Source: an uncultured Armatimonadetes bacterium (GTDB lineage Bacteria; Armatimonadota; Hebobacteria; Hebobacterales; Hebobacteraceae). Taken from it: a DNA stretch of 64,000 bases. Below, in pieces: positions 18,890 through 27,815 of the stretch. The notes under the pieces were generated by a model that did no database searches, was not told the origin of the DNA, and worked only from the letters and a program-made list of their open reading frames with translations. The DNA lies in assembly GCA_963716175.1 (NCBI GenBank), contig OY970296.1, positions 1,472,001 to 1,536,000 on the forward strand. Reading direction: 5' to 3'. Numbering within the stretch: position 1 is the first letter of the stretch; each line of letters begins with the position of its first letter. The position numbers and the translations under genes are program-made.

Positions 18890-19973
18890 GCGCCCTGCTC
18901 ACATAGTCCGCCGCGTTGTCGGCGAGGTTCTCGCGCGCCCGGTCGTAGCGCTCGGTGGTGCGCGGGTCCTGGTGGCCCATCGCGTACTGCACCCGGCGCA
19001 AGCTCGCCCCCGCCTCGAGCGCCAGGGTGGCGAAGGTGTGCCGCAGGGCGTGGGGGTGAACCCGCCCCGCCACCTCCGGGGGGAGCGCCGCCCGGGCCCA
19101 CTTGCCCACGATCAGCGCCACCGCCTGGGTGGTGAGGGGCCGCTCATGGCAGAGCCAGCACCCCTGCTCGCCCCGTCCATACTTGCGCACCGGGCAGAAC
19201 ACCGGCGCCTCGGGCCCCGATCGCTGCCGCCCGGCCGTCTCGAGCCAAGCCGCCAGCGCCTCCCAGGTGGGGCCGGCCAGCTTGGCCTGCCGCACCCGTT
19301 CACCCTTGCCCCGGATGGTGGCCACCCGGAAGCCCTGGTCTTCGCCCAGGTCGCCCACCCGCAGGCCCGTCAGCTCGGCCGCCCGCAGGCCGTTGCGCAG
19401 CAGCAAGGCCAGCAGCGCCCGGTCGCGCAGCGCCGGCAGCTCCTCGCCCTGGGGGGCCGCCAGCAGCGCTCGCCCCTGGTCGGGGGTCAAGCCGATGGTG
19501 GGCGAGTGATCGCCGTTCATCTGTAGCCCCTTCAGCCCCGCCGCCGGATTGTCCGGCCGGAAGTTCCCCAGGTGCAGCTCCCGTAGCACCGACCGCACCG
19601 CGGCCATGCGCCGGTTCACGCCGGCCGGCGAAAGCCCAAAGCATTCCCGCAGGTGGGCCCGGAACCCGGTCAGGTCGCCCCGGTCCACCTCACGCAGCAG
19701 GCGCAGCGCCTCCCCCGGGTCGGCCCATGCTTCCTGGAGCAGCGCCGATCGCTCCGCCTTGGACAAGCGCCGCCACTCCCCCGCCGGCAGCACCCGCCCG
19801 GTCTCTTCTCCCCGCAGATAGAGCAGCAGGTGGGCGAGGTCCGTACGGTAGGCGCGCTTGGTGTGCTCCGAGAGCTGCCCGGCCAGCACGCAGGCGAGAG
19901 GATCGCGTGCCCCCAGCTTCCTGCACCCCGCCCGGGTGATCTCAGCGCCCGCTTTCACCAGCTCGCCGGCCAT
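18858..19973 (-). CDS. Tyrosine recombinase (XerC/D-like)
   Basis: 'RDRALL..GLRAAEL', 'GKG', 'HPHALRHTFAT', 'MGH..PRTTERY'. Confidence 0.93.
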   Translation of the reverse strand: MAGELVKAGAEITRAGCRKLGARDPLACVLAGQLSEHTKRAYRTDLAHLLLYLRGEETGRVLPAGEWRRLSKAERSALLQEAWADPGEALRLLREVDRGDLTGFRAHLRECFGLSPAGVNRRMAAVRSVLRELHLGNFRPDNPAAGLKGLQMNGDHSPTIGLTPDQGRALLAAPQGEELPALRDRALLALLLRNGLRAAELTGLRVGDLGEDQGFRVATIRGKGERVRQAKLAGPTWEALAAWLETAGRQRSGPEAPVFCPVRKYGRGEQGCWLCHERPLTTQAVALIVGKWARAALPPEVAGRVHPHALRHTFATLALEAGASLRRVQYAMGHQDPRTTERYDRARENLADNAADYVSRALDGGGHDRLD

Positions 19974-19997
19974 GCCTCGCTCCCTTCGCCTGTGCTT

Positions 19998-20500
19998 TCA
20001 GTAAGTGTTATTATCACAACCTAATATACCACAGGAAAGGGGAGAGTCAAACATGCCAACTGTTTCCGCCAAAGCGGTAACTGCCGCCCCATAGCTCTCC
20101 AGGTCGGCCGTCCAGTCCCGCAGCTTGCCCCGCTCGTCGCTGTAGCTCCTCACCGTCACCTTGACCGCCAGCGCCGCCAGGAGCCGCCTCTTCGCCTCCA
20201 GGTCAAGCGCGTCCAGGTTGCCCACCACCTCCAGGGTCCGGGCCGTCCTGTCTATGTTCGCCTCGGCTCGCTCGGCATGGGCGATCTTCGCCGCCAAGTC
20301 CTCGGCCGCGGCCGGCATGGCGTCGTCGTACTGGCGCTTCGTGTCGGTGAAATCCTCCAGGGTGTACAGGCCGGGGCCGCCGGGTCCTCCAGCAGTTCCT
20401 TCGCCCGGCACAGCCTCGCCTACCAGGCCTTCATTGCCTCGCCGATCTGCGCCACCTCGCTTCTCCACTTCGGCAGGCGTTCGCTCGCCGTCTCCCGCGC
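19998..20500 (-). pseudogene. C-terminal remnant of a second large serine recombinase
   Basis: Coiled coil 'GLYTLEDF...' and 'EAKRRLLAALAVKVTV', resembling the C-terminus of the 8897 integrase ('EQKRRLLGELLESVVI'); no catalytic domain. Confidence 0.5.
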
Positions 20501-20539
20501 GCAGCGCCGCCGCGGCGTTACCGGCCCGCTGCCACGGGG

Positions 20540-21562
20540 TCAGGGCGAGGATTCGCCGGTTCGTTGTCGCCTTTGCCGTCCTGCCCCTCCTGATCGCTTG
20601 GAGGCTGCGGGAACCGGCTGATCCGACCCTCGGACCGCGACAACCTGGTGCATCTTGATGAATGCAGCCCCGCGATGGTTCTCGATTATCTTGATAGCTG
20701 GCGTTTGGGTAAAGGTGTGCGTCGCTGCATGGAACACAGAGAGAACCAGGTCCTGCAGTTTCTGGTCGTCTTCCAAGTTCCGCACGGTTAGACCGATTTC
20801 CAACGCCTCATCCCGCGAGATATGTCGAGAATGGCTTTTGTACCGGCTGTGATTGGCGAGGGTCCCCGCTGCTCGCCGCGCTTTCTCTTCTGCATCCGCG
20901 GAGCCAACGAACATGTAGGTCTGCAGCCAGGACCTGACAAGCTCCTCAGAAAGGTTCTGTGCGTTCTTGCACTGCATCAGGAGCGCCGGACCATACTGCT
21001 CCAGAATCGGAATCCATGAGCCGAGCCTATCGGGGTCTCTGCACTCCTCCTGGGCATACCGGAACTGGTCGAGGATCGCTTGGGCCGGTGCCTGGACGAA
21101 GCCAGTCGGGGAGCCCATGAGCATCTGCGGATCGACGGGACCCAGGAAGGAATGCTTCCCCATGTAGATGGAGTCTGCACCGCACACCAACATGGTTGCC
21201 GCTGACATCGCCAAGGAGGGCACGAATGCGCGGATGTGCTTGAAGCGGGACCTGAGGTAGCGCATTACGGCATCCGCCGCCTCTGGCGAGCCCCCAGGGC
21301 TATGAATGATCAGATCGAGTTCATCGGTGTCAATCTCGTGTATGACCTCCATCATGCCCTGGAGGTCTTCATCGGTTATGGTCAGAAACTGGGGTCCGAT
21401 CTCCGGGTGCTGCGTGAAGGCCGTGGCGTAGAGGATAACTGCTCGCCCCGTGTGCTTATGAAGCAGCGAAAGGTACTTGCGTCGGACAACGTCCTGAGCA
21501 GACTGACCGTTCGTCGGGTGCGCCTTACCTATCTCTTGGAGCAACTCCCCCCACGTCGGCAT
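20540..21562 (-). CDS. SDH-family ClpP-fold serine protease
   Basis: 'DLIIHSPGGSP', 'AMSAATMLVCGAD', 'LGPVDPQ', 'SHSRHI', 'KIIEN'. Confidence 0.88.
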   Translation of the reverse strand: MPTWGELLQEIGKAHPTNGQSAQDVVRRKYLSLLHKHTGRAVILYATAFTQHPEIGPQFLTITDEDLQGMMEVIHEIDTDELDLIIHSPGGSPEAADAVMRYLRSRFKHIRAFVPSLAMSAATMLVCGADSIYMGKHSFLGPVDPQMLMGSPTGFVQAPAQAILDQFRYAQEECRDPDRLGSWIPILEQYGPALLMQCKNAQNLSEELVRSWLQTYMFVGSADAEEKARRAAGTLANHSRYKSHSRHISRDEALEIGLTVRNLEDDQKLQDLVLSVFHAATHTFTQTPAIKIIENHRGAAFIKMHQVVAVRGSDQPVPAASKRSGGAGRQRRQRTGESSP

Positions 21563-21572
21563 GGCACGTGCC

Positions 21573-21785
21573 TTAGGTCCCCGCCGTGTTCGCGCTGCCC
21601 AGGACCTTCACGACTCGCCGATACCCCCGGTACTTCCTCGCAGCAGCCCGGGCACCGACGTAGGCCGTATGCGCAGCAACATAGGTCTCAACGCCGGTGC
21701 GCTGGCGGGCCCGCTGCAACATCACTCGTCGCAATGACTCGAGATCGGTGCCTTGCGTTGCCACCTTGCTGTCGCGCTTATCCAC
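21573..21785 (-). CDS. Small basic hypothetical protein upstream of the protease
   Basis: 70 aa, GGAGG-like RBS, ends 10 nt before the protease start. Confidence 0.5.
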   Translation of the reverse strand: MDKRDSKVATQGTDLESLRRVMLQRARQRTGVETYVAAHTAYVGARAAARKYRGYRRVVKVLGSANTAGT

Positions 21786-22754
21786 TTGCAGGCCCCTCCT
21801 GTCCGTTTTCCGGCCATTCTATAGTAACTGGTTCCGGTCCTCTCGGCAACCCAAAGAGCCCACACCGCGTCATCAGGGCCGCCCGTAGTCTATGCGCCCG
21901 CCGCCGCGTCAACCCGCCTCTGCCGGGCCACGGAGGCCGCCAGCACGGGAACCGCAGGAACGTTACGAGCCTGGTGCGAAGGTTGACTATCCCAAGGCCC
22001 TGTCAGTGGGAAATCTCCCGGCGTGTTCAGCCACACGCACATGCTCGTCGGGATCGTCGCGGCCGCGGGTTAGGGGCTGCGGCTCAGCATCGCAGAGTCG
22101 TGGGAGCAATGGCCATATCCGCCGCTCGCGAGCGCCGGGCACTATCCCCTCCTCCTGCACCCACTTGGCCATCGTGCCCCCGGCCCCCCTCGCCGAGTCG
22201 CACAATGGGCTATGCCTGGAAAGCGGCCGTCTCCTACACTCGAGCGCGATCGTGTCAGCACCGCTTGTACACTCCCCAAATCGCCGAAGTAAAATGCCCC
22301 ACCCTCGGTAGCCCGACGGTGAGAGTAAGGCGCACTCAAGAGGCATTACAGCGGGAAGAGGTTATAGCACTAACCTCTTGATTGCTGTAACCTGTTGGCG
22401 GGCCAGAGTGAACGCCAGGCAGGAACAGGAAGGCTCTGCGGCACACTGGCCCACCCGCGGACGCTGCAGATAGGCCGAGGGGCATCTGTGCTCTCCACGC
22501 AACGGTAGACCAAGACGCAGGGTCCACCCACAGGCCGCGCGTGAGACCGCAGGCTCGCGTTGTCGGCCGCCGGGTTAGACTGTACCACGCGTAGTCGCCC
22601 CATCTGTACCACCTGATGTTCGGGGGTGGGTACCACCCCATAGTCGGGGGTGGGTACCACCCGGCCGCCGGGGGTGTGGACCACCCCTGAGGCGGTGCTG
22701 GGTCGTTGCCACAAAGAATCCCCTTCTGACCTGGGAGACCGGTCAGGAGGAGAC

Positions 22755-24296
22755 ATGGAGCGACTCAGCGTGCATCTCATCGTGGACATCGTGTATCGGT
22801 TGCGACGCGGCCAGTCCGTGCGGGCGATCTGTCGGGATCTGGGACACTCCCGGGGGACGGTCCGCCGCTATCGGGAGCTGGCGAAGCGGAGAGGCTATCT
22901 GGACCCTTCCCGGCCCTTGCCCGAGCCGGGAGAGGTGCTGGCCCAGCTGGAGCCAGCCCTCTCGGCCCCGGGCAGCAATGTCTCGGGCGTGGAGCCCTAT
23001 CGGGAAGTGGTGGCGGGGCTGCTGGAGCAGGGGGTGGAGATGGTGGCGATCCACCAGCGGCTGGGCCGCCACCATGGCTACCAGGGCAGCTACAGCTCGG
23101 TGCGGCGCTTTGTGAGGCGGCTGCGGCCCCGGCACAAAGAGGTGGTGGTGCGGATCGAGACGCCGCCCGGCCAGCAGGCGCAGGTGGACTTCGGCGGGGC
23201 CGGCAAGATGCGGGACCCAGCCACGGGGAGGCTGCGGCAAGCCTGGTGCTTCGTGATGACACTCTCCTACTCCCGACACCAGTATGTGGAGTTCGTCTTC
23301 GACCAGCGGATGGAGACCTGGATCGGCTGCCACCGGCGCGCCTTCGAGAGCTTTGGGGGCGTCCCCAAAGAGCTGGTGGTCGACAATCTCAAGGCGGCGG
23401 TGCTGCGGGCGGCGCTGGATGATCCCCGGCTGGCGGAGCCCTACCGGAAGCTGGCCCAGCACTACGGCACCCTGGTGCACCCCTGCCGGCCGGGCATGCC
23501 CCAGCACAAAGGCAAAGCCGAGAATGGGGTGCACTACGTGCAGCGCAATCTCCTCGCCGGCGAGGGAGAGCTGGACCTGACCCAAGCGAATCGCCTGGCG
23601 AAAAGCTGGGTGCTGGAGGTGGCCGGCGTGCGTGATCATGGCACCACGCACGTGCCGCCCCTGCGGCGCTTCCGAGAGGAGGAGCAGGCCGCCCTCTTGC
23701 CCCTGCCCGAGGAGCCCTTCTCCCTGCGGGAGGTGCGTTCGGTGACGCTGCACCGGGACTGCCACGTGCAGGTGGAGGGCAGCTACTACTCGGCTCCCTT
23801 CGCCTACGTGGGCCAGCGACTGGACGCCTACCTCTACCAGCACACGGTGCAGCTCTATGACGGGGTGACGCTGCTGGTGACTCATCCTCGCGCGATTCGC
23901 CCCGGCCAGCGGATGACCAAGCTGGAGCACTACCCCGAGGAGAAGTCCTTCTATCTGATCCACACCCGGGAGTACTGCCAAGCGCAGGCGGGGCGGATTG
24001 GGCCCCACTGTGGGCAGGTGGTCAAGCAGCTCTTGGAGGAGCGGCCCCTGGATCGGCTGCGCAGTGTCCAGGGGCTGCTGGGGCTGGCGCGGCGCCACTC
24101 GCCGGCGCGGCTGGAGGCGGCCTGTGCCCGGGCCCTGCACTACGGCGATGCCAGCTACCGTCGCCTCAAGCGCATCCTGGAAGCGGGCCTGGACCAGGTG
24201 CCCCTGGAGCCGGGGTCGGTTCAGCCCCAGTTGCGCCTCTACGAGTACGCCCGGCCCATGAGCGCGTTCTTCGGCGAGGAGGCGGGCACATGCTGA
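22755..24296 (+). CDS. istA: IS21 transposase IstA
   Basis: HTH; 'ETPPGQQAQVDFG', 'VVDNLK', 'KGKAENGV'; AGGAGG RBS. Confidence 0.95.
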   Translation: MERLSVHLIVDIVYRLRRGQSVRAICRDLGHSRGTVRRYRELAKRRGYLDPSRPLPEPGEVLAQLEPALSAPGSNVSGVEPYREVVAGLLEQGVEMVAIHQRLGRHHGYQGSYSSVRRFVRRLRPRHKEVVVRIETPPGQQAQVDFGGAGKMRDPATGRLRQAWCFVMTLSYSRHQYVEFVFDQRMETWIGCHRRAFESFGGVPKELVVDNLKAAVLRAALDDPRLAEPYRKLAQHYGTLVHPCRPGMPQHKGKAENGVHYVQRNLLAGEGELDLTQANRLAKSWVLEVAGVRDHGTTHVPPLRRFREEEQAALLPLPEEPFSLREVRSVTLHRDCHVQVEGSYYSAPFAYVGQRLDAYLYQHTVQLYDGVTLLVTHPRAIRPGQRMTKLEHYPEEKSFYLIHTREYCQAQAGRIGPHCGQVVKQLLEERPLDRLRSVQGLLGLARRHSPARLEAACARALHYGDASYRRLKRILEAGLDQVPLEPGSVQPQLRLYEYARPMSAFFGEEAGTC

Positions 24297-25060
24297 CCCA
24301 TCCCCTCTTGCCCAAGCTCAAGGAACTGCGGCTCTCCGGGATGCTCCAGAGTCTGGAGGAGCGGTCGGCGCTGGCTCAGGAGCAGCAGCTTTCCCCAGTG
24401 GAGTTCCTGGCCCTGCTGATCGAAGACGAGCTGGAGCGGCGCCATCAGCGCACTCAGGCGCGCCGCCAGAAGCAGGCCGGCTTCGAGTACCTCAAGACCA
24501 TCGCCGACTTCGACTTCGCCGCGGTGCCCACGCTCGATAGGGCCTTGGTGCTGGACATGGCCACCTGCACCTTCATCACGGCCAAGGAGAACTGGTTGAT
24601 CTGCGGCCCGACCGGCGTGGGCAAGAGCCACCTGGCGACGGCCATCGGCTACGAGGCGATCCGGCGGGGGATGAAGGTGCTCTCCTTCGCCACCCACCGG
24701 CTCCTCGCAGAGCTGCTCGCGGCGCGGGCCGACGGGACCCACCACAAGCTGCTCGCCAAGCTGGCCTCGGTGGAGCTGCTCATCATCGACGACTTCGGGC
24801 TGCGGCCTATCAGTGTGCAGGGAGCGGAGGATCTCTACGAGCTCATCGCTCGCCGCTACGAGCGCGGCTCCATCCTGCTCACCTCCAACCGCTCCCCGTC
24901 GGAGTGGACGGAGGTCTTCGGGGACGCGCTCTTGGCCTCTGCCGCGCTGGACCGGCTCACCCACCACGCCCGCCTGACCGTGATCACCGGCGAGAGCTAC
25001 CGCCAGCGCCATCGCCGAAAGGAGGTGAAGCCGACTCCCAAACCGACGAGAAAACAGTGA
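24290..25060 (+). CDS. istB: IS21 helper ATPase IstB
   Basis: 'GPTGVGKSHLA', 'LLIIDDFG', 'LTSN', 'LDRLTHH', 'GESYR'. Confidence 0.96.
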   Translation: MLTHPLLPKLKELRLSGMLQSLEERSALAQEQQLSPVEFLALLIEDELERRHQRTQARRQKQAGFEYLKTIADFDFAAVPTLDRALVLDMATCTFITAKENWLICGPTGVGKSHLATAIGYEAIRRGMKVLSFATHRLLAELLAARADGTHHKLLAKLASVELLIIDDFGLRPISVQGAEDLYELIARRYERGSILLTSNRSPSEWTEVFGDALLASAALDRLTHHARLTVITGESYRQRHRRKEVKPTPKPTRKQ

Positions 25061-25610
25061 TCGTCGATCACTGCCCGCAACGACCCGGAATCACGAAAAG
25101 GTGGTACCCATCAGGCGGCGGCCGGTGGTACAAATGGGGCGGCTATTGACACGCGTCAGCGGCATGGCCGATACAGCGGAGGGCGTTGCTGGGAAGCGGA
25201 GAGGCAGTGAGTCTGAGCGTGGCAGCGCGACCGCGCAACCACCGGAGTGGGCGCCCGCCAAGCTCGGCACCCCTATGCGTCGGTTGGGGGCGGCGGCCCG
25301 CATCGCACTGATTGGCACACTGCTGGCGAAGTGGTCACATGTGCGGCTGCGGTGTGTGGGAGGGAGAGGGCGCAGGGCGGCCGCGCTCGTCGAGGTTGCG
25401 GGCCGGTAGCGCGGCCAATTCGGAGACAGTCCCTGTTTTGACGGCGCGCTGGCTGTGCGCGGGAGGGAAGCACGGAAGGCGCGAGATGGTGAGGGTTGGG
25501 CTAGCACCCTGAGAGGAACGACAAGGCATCCTCGACGCGGCCGCGTCTCTGGTACCTCTGACCCACTTGATGGCACTAGCAGGGATTCAGGCCGATGCAG
25601 CAACGCGACC

Positions 25611-26783
25611 TCAGGCCCCGGGGATCTGAATGCCGCTGATCACGCCTTCGTGCCATGTCTTCCCGTCAATCACCACAGAGCCGATAGGCTCTGTATCTGG
25701 CTCAATGCCCGGATTGCCGGCGAAGGTGAGATGTCGGAGCTGCGTTACAACGTCCGACAACGTCTGGTCGACTTCGAAGGTCGAGTGGACGTTTGGGTCG
25801 AAGCGCATCCTTGCCGACAGGACACAGTCAGCCGTTGGCTCCAGAACTAGGCTTCCACACGGGATTCGCTGCCTCAACTCGAAGTCCGGAAGCAACAGGT
25901 AGTGCGGACGACCGTACTCCTGTAGCGCGTCGGCGAGGCGAAGTAAGAAGCCTAGAGGGTTAGCTTCGAAACCCAGAGTTGTACTGGCAGCATGTGAGCT
26001 GATCGCACAGCACACAAGCCACCAGATGGCGCGCTCACGGTCAGTGGCGGCGTTCTTCTCGGCATGCCGGCATATCTGAATGGAAGTGGGGAGCCCATGG
26101 TTGCTCTGACCCTTCTCGGCCGACACAAGGAACTCGCCAGCACTGAACTGCTCACAGTGGCTGCAGTGCGGCCCCGGGGCCAATCGCAGCCCGGGCATGC
26201 ACGACCCAGGCATAGCAGGCTCGTAGTACCGTCGCGCGGTATCTACAACACTCGCCGTATATGCAAAGCAGTAGCCAAGGTCGTGGAGGAGAGCGGCCCT
26301 CTCACAGGCATCGTCGATGTCACTAGAGGTCAGGACTCCCGGTACCTTGCGCACCTCCATAACCTTCTTGCACCCCGTCAGGAAGGCATCGTCAAACTTC
26401 GGGAGCAGAACGCGAATCTGGGCCATCAGTACGGCCACTGAGAAGGCATGGACAACGTGGTCTCGATACGCCTTGCTGTGGCCAAGTAGCCGGCCAAAAT
26501 AGAGTGCCAACTCGGTGTGCACAAGCTCACGTGAAAGCCGGACCACTTGTGGTGACTGGGAGAACCATTTGTGACACATCATGCATAGGGCTTCGTACGC
26601 GCCGGCTATCTCGCTGCAGCGTTCGCGCCCATACACCGCCTTGACTGCGAACTCATACTTGGGCTCCAATACCCACGGCGTCGAGGTGCCCATCATCGAA
26701 GCCAACGGACCCCCAGGCGGGGCCTCTCTGTTCTTCAGATGAAGGCAGTAGCTCACGGTGTTGTCCAGCGTCAGTGTTGCCAC
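25611..26783 (-). CDS. HD-superfamily phosphohydrolase
   Basis: 'DHVVHAFSV', 'ALLHDLGY', 'NHG', 'SSH', 'LRLADALQEYGR'. Confidence 0.75.
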   Translation of the reverse strand: MATLTLDNTVSYCLHLKNREAPPGGPLASMMGTSTPWVLEPKYEFAVKAVYGRERCSEIAGAYEALCMMCHKWFSQSPQVVRLSRELVHTELALYFGRLLGHSKAYRDHVVHAFSVAVLMAQIRVLLPKFDDAFLTGCKKVMEVRKVPGVLTSSDIDDACERAALLHDLGYCFAYTASVVDTARRYYEPAMPGSCMPGLRLAPGPHCSHCEQFSAGEFLVSAEKGQSNHGLPTSIQICRHAEKNAATDRERAIWWLVCCAISSHAASTTLGFEANPLGFLLRLADALQEYGRPHYLLLPDFELRQRIPCGSLVLEPTADCVLSARMRFDPNVHSTFEVDQTLSDVVTQLRHLTFAGNPGIEPDTEPIGSVVIDGKTWHEGVISGIQIPGA

Positions 26784-26798
26784 TTGGCCATCTCCCCT

Positions 26799-27794
26799 CT
26801 AGGTTGAGAAGACTTCCTTCTCCAGCATGTCGAGTATGGTCTGTGGTGCTATCTTGGCAATCCCTGCCGCAGTGAGCTGGGGGTCGTGCCCGCTACGGCC
26901 GCCTCCAAAGGACTGTTCCGCATCAGGGCTGATGTCCAGCATAGTGTGAGAGGCATCGGAGTGCAGCACTGTGTAGTGGAGCCTGCCGCCAAACACCCGT
27001 TTCAGATGGTCAGACCAGACCGCGTACTGGATCTCCGGTCTCTTGAAGTAGTCCTGCAGTGCGGTGAAAAGACTGCCTTCCTGGAGCAGTTCCACACCAG
27101 GACTCTGGTATGCCCGCGGCACTTTGTTGACCACGAACAGCGAACGGCCTTGGCAGCCAGGGAACTCCAATGCCATGAGGTTCACGTCGGTGTAAACTGC
27201 AGCAAAGGATGCTGGCTCCGGTACGAGAACCCAGATCAGCACCGAGTGGGCCCTCGCCTCCGTGTCGTCTAGCTGTGTGGCGCAAAGTGCAAGGTGCGTC
27301 ATGAACCCCATCCCCGGTGGACAGTCGAGGATAGCAAGATCGAATTCTCCAGACTCGCGAAGCTTGGCAATCAGTCGCTGAACACTTGCCCGCACAGAGC
27401 GCGGGTCGTACCAGATGGCCGACATGAGGTTGAGCTTCCGGTTCTTCTCGTCAATGCGGAACTCATCTCCGGCTAGTGGCGGAACCAGCCAGCCGTCGCG
27501 ACCCAGCCACGATGGGAGGACGGAGACGTTGCCGTGGAAGCCCCCGGAAGGCCGAGCCCGAGCCTTCTGCCACTGCTCACATCCTCGCGCGTAGTCAAGC
27601 AGTACCTCGTTGAGGGACATCTCGATAGACTGGACCTTCTCCAGTCCGGTCATGGCGCGAATCCCAGGACCCATCAGATCAAGCTCAATGATGACAGCTT
27701 TTCGCCCGCGTTTCGCCATACCGTCTGCTAACGCGAGGGCGAGCGTCGTCTTACCAACACCTCCTTTGGACGACACCACGATGGCCGTGTACAC
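26799..27794 (-). CDS. ParA/MinD-like ATPase
   Basis: Deviant Walker A 'SSKGGVGKTT', 'ELDLMGPG', 'ILDCPPG', 'VVNK'. Confidence 0.85.
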   Translation of the reverse strand: MYTAIVVSSKGGVGKTTLALALADGMAKRGRKAVIIELDLMGPGIRAMTGLEKVQSIEMSLNEVLLDYARGCEQWQKARARPSGGFHGNVSVLPSWLGRDGWLVPPLAGDEFRIDEKNRKLNLMSAIWYDPRSVRASVQRLIAKLRESGEFDLAILDCPPGMGFMTHLALCATQLDDTEARAHSVLIWVLVPEPASFAAVYTDVNLMALEFPGCQGRSLFVVNKVPRAYQSPGVELLQEGSLFTALQDYFKRPEIQYAVWSDHLKRVFGGRLHYTVLHSDASHTMLDISPDAEQSFGGGRSGHDPQLTAAGIAKIAPQTILDMLEKEVFST

Positions 27795-27815
27795 GACGGT
27801 ATTCCCCCTTCGCCT

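Larger units (their letters stand above)
22561..25151 (+). mobile_element. IS21-family insertion sequence
   Basis: TGTC...GACA ends with related IRs; 5-bp target duplication CGCGT at 22556-22560 and 25152-25156; 24-bp periodic GTACCAC subterminal repeats; istA and istB. Confidence 0.93.

Noticed and set aside
21236-22381. Long plus-strand ORF, and similar shadow ORFs such as 51845-53707, 22743-24140 and 5287-6678
   Set aside because: Antisense or overlapping ORFs expected in high-GC DNA; no motifs, and they overlap well-supported genes
22581-22685. 24-bp periodic repeats as a mini CRISPR array
   Set aside because: They are IS21 subterminal repeats mirrored at the right end; no unique spacers or cas genes
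26799-27794. ParA as a plasmid partition system
   Set aside because: No ParB or centromere-like repeats nearby; it is embedded between HD genes
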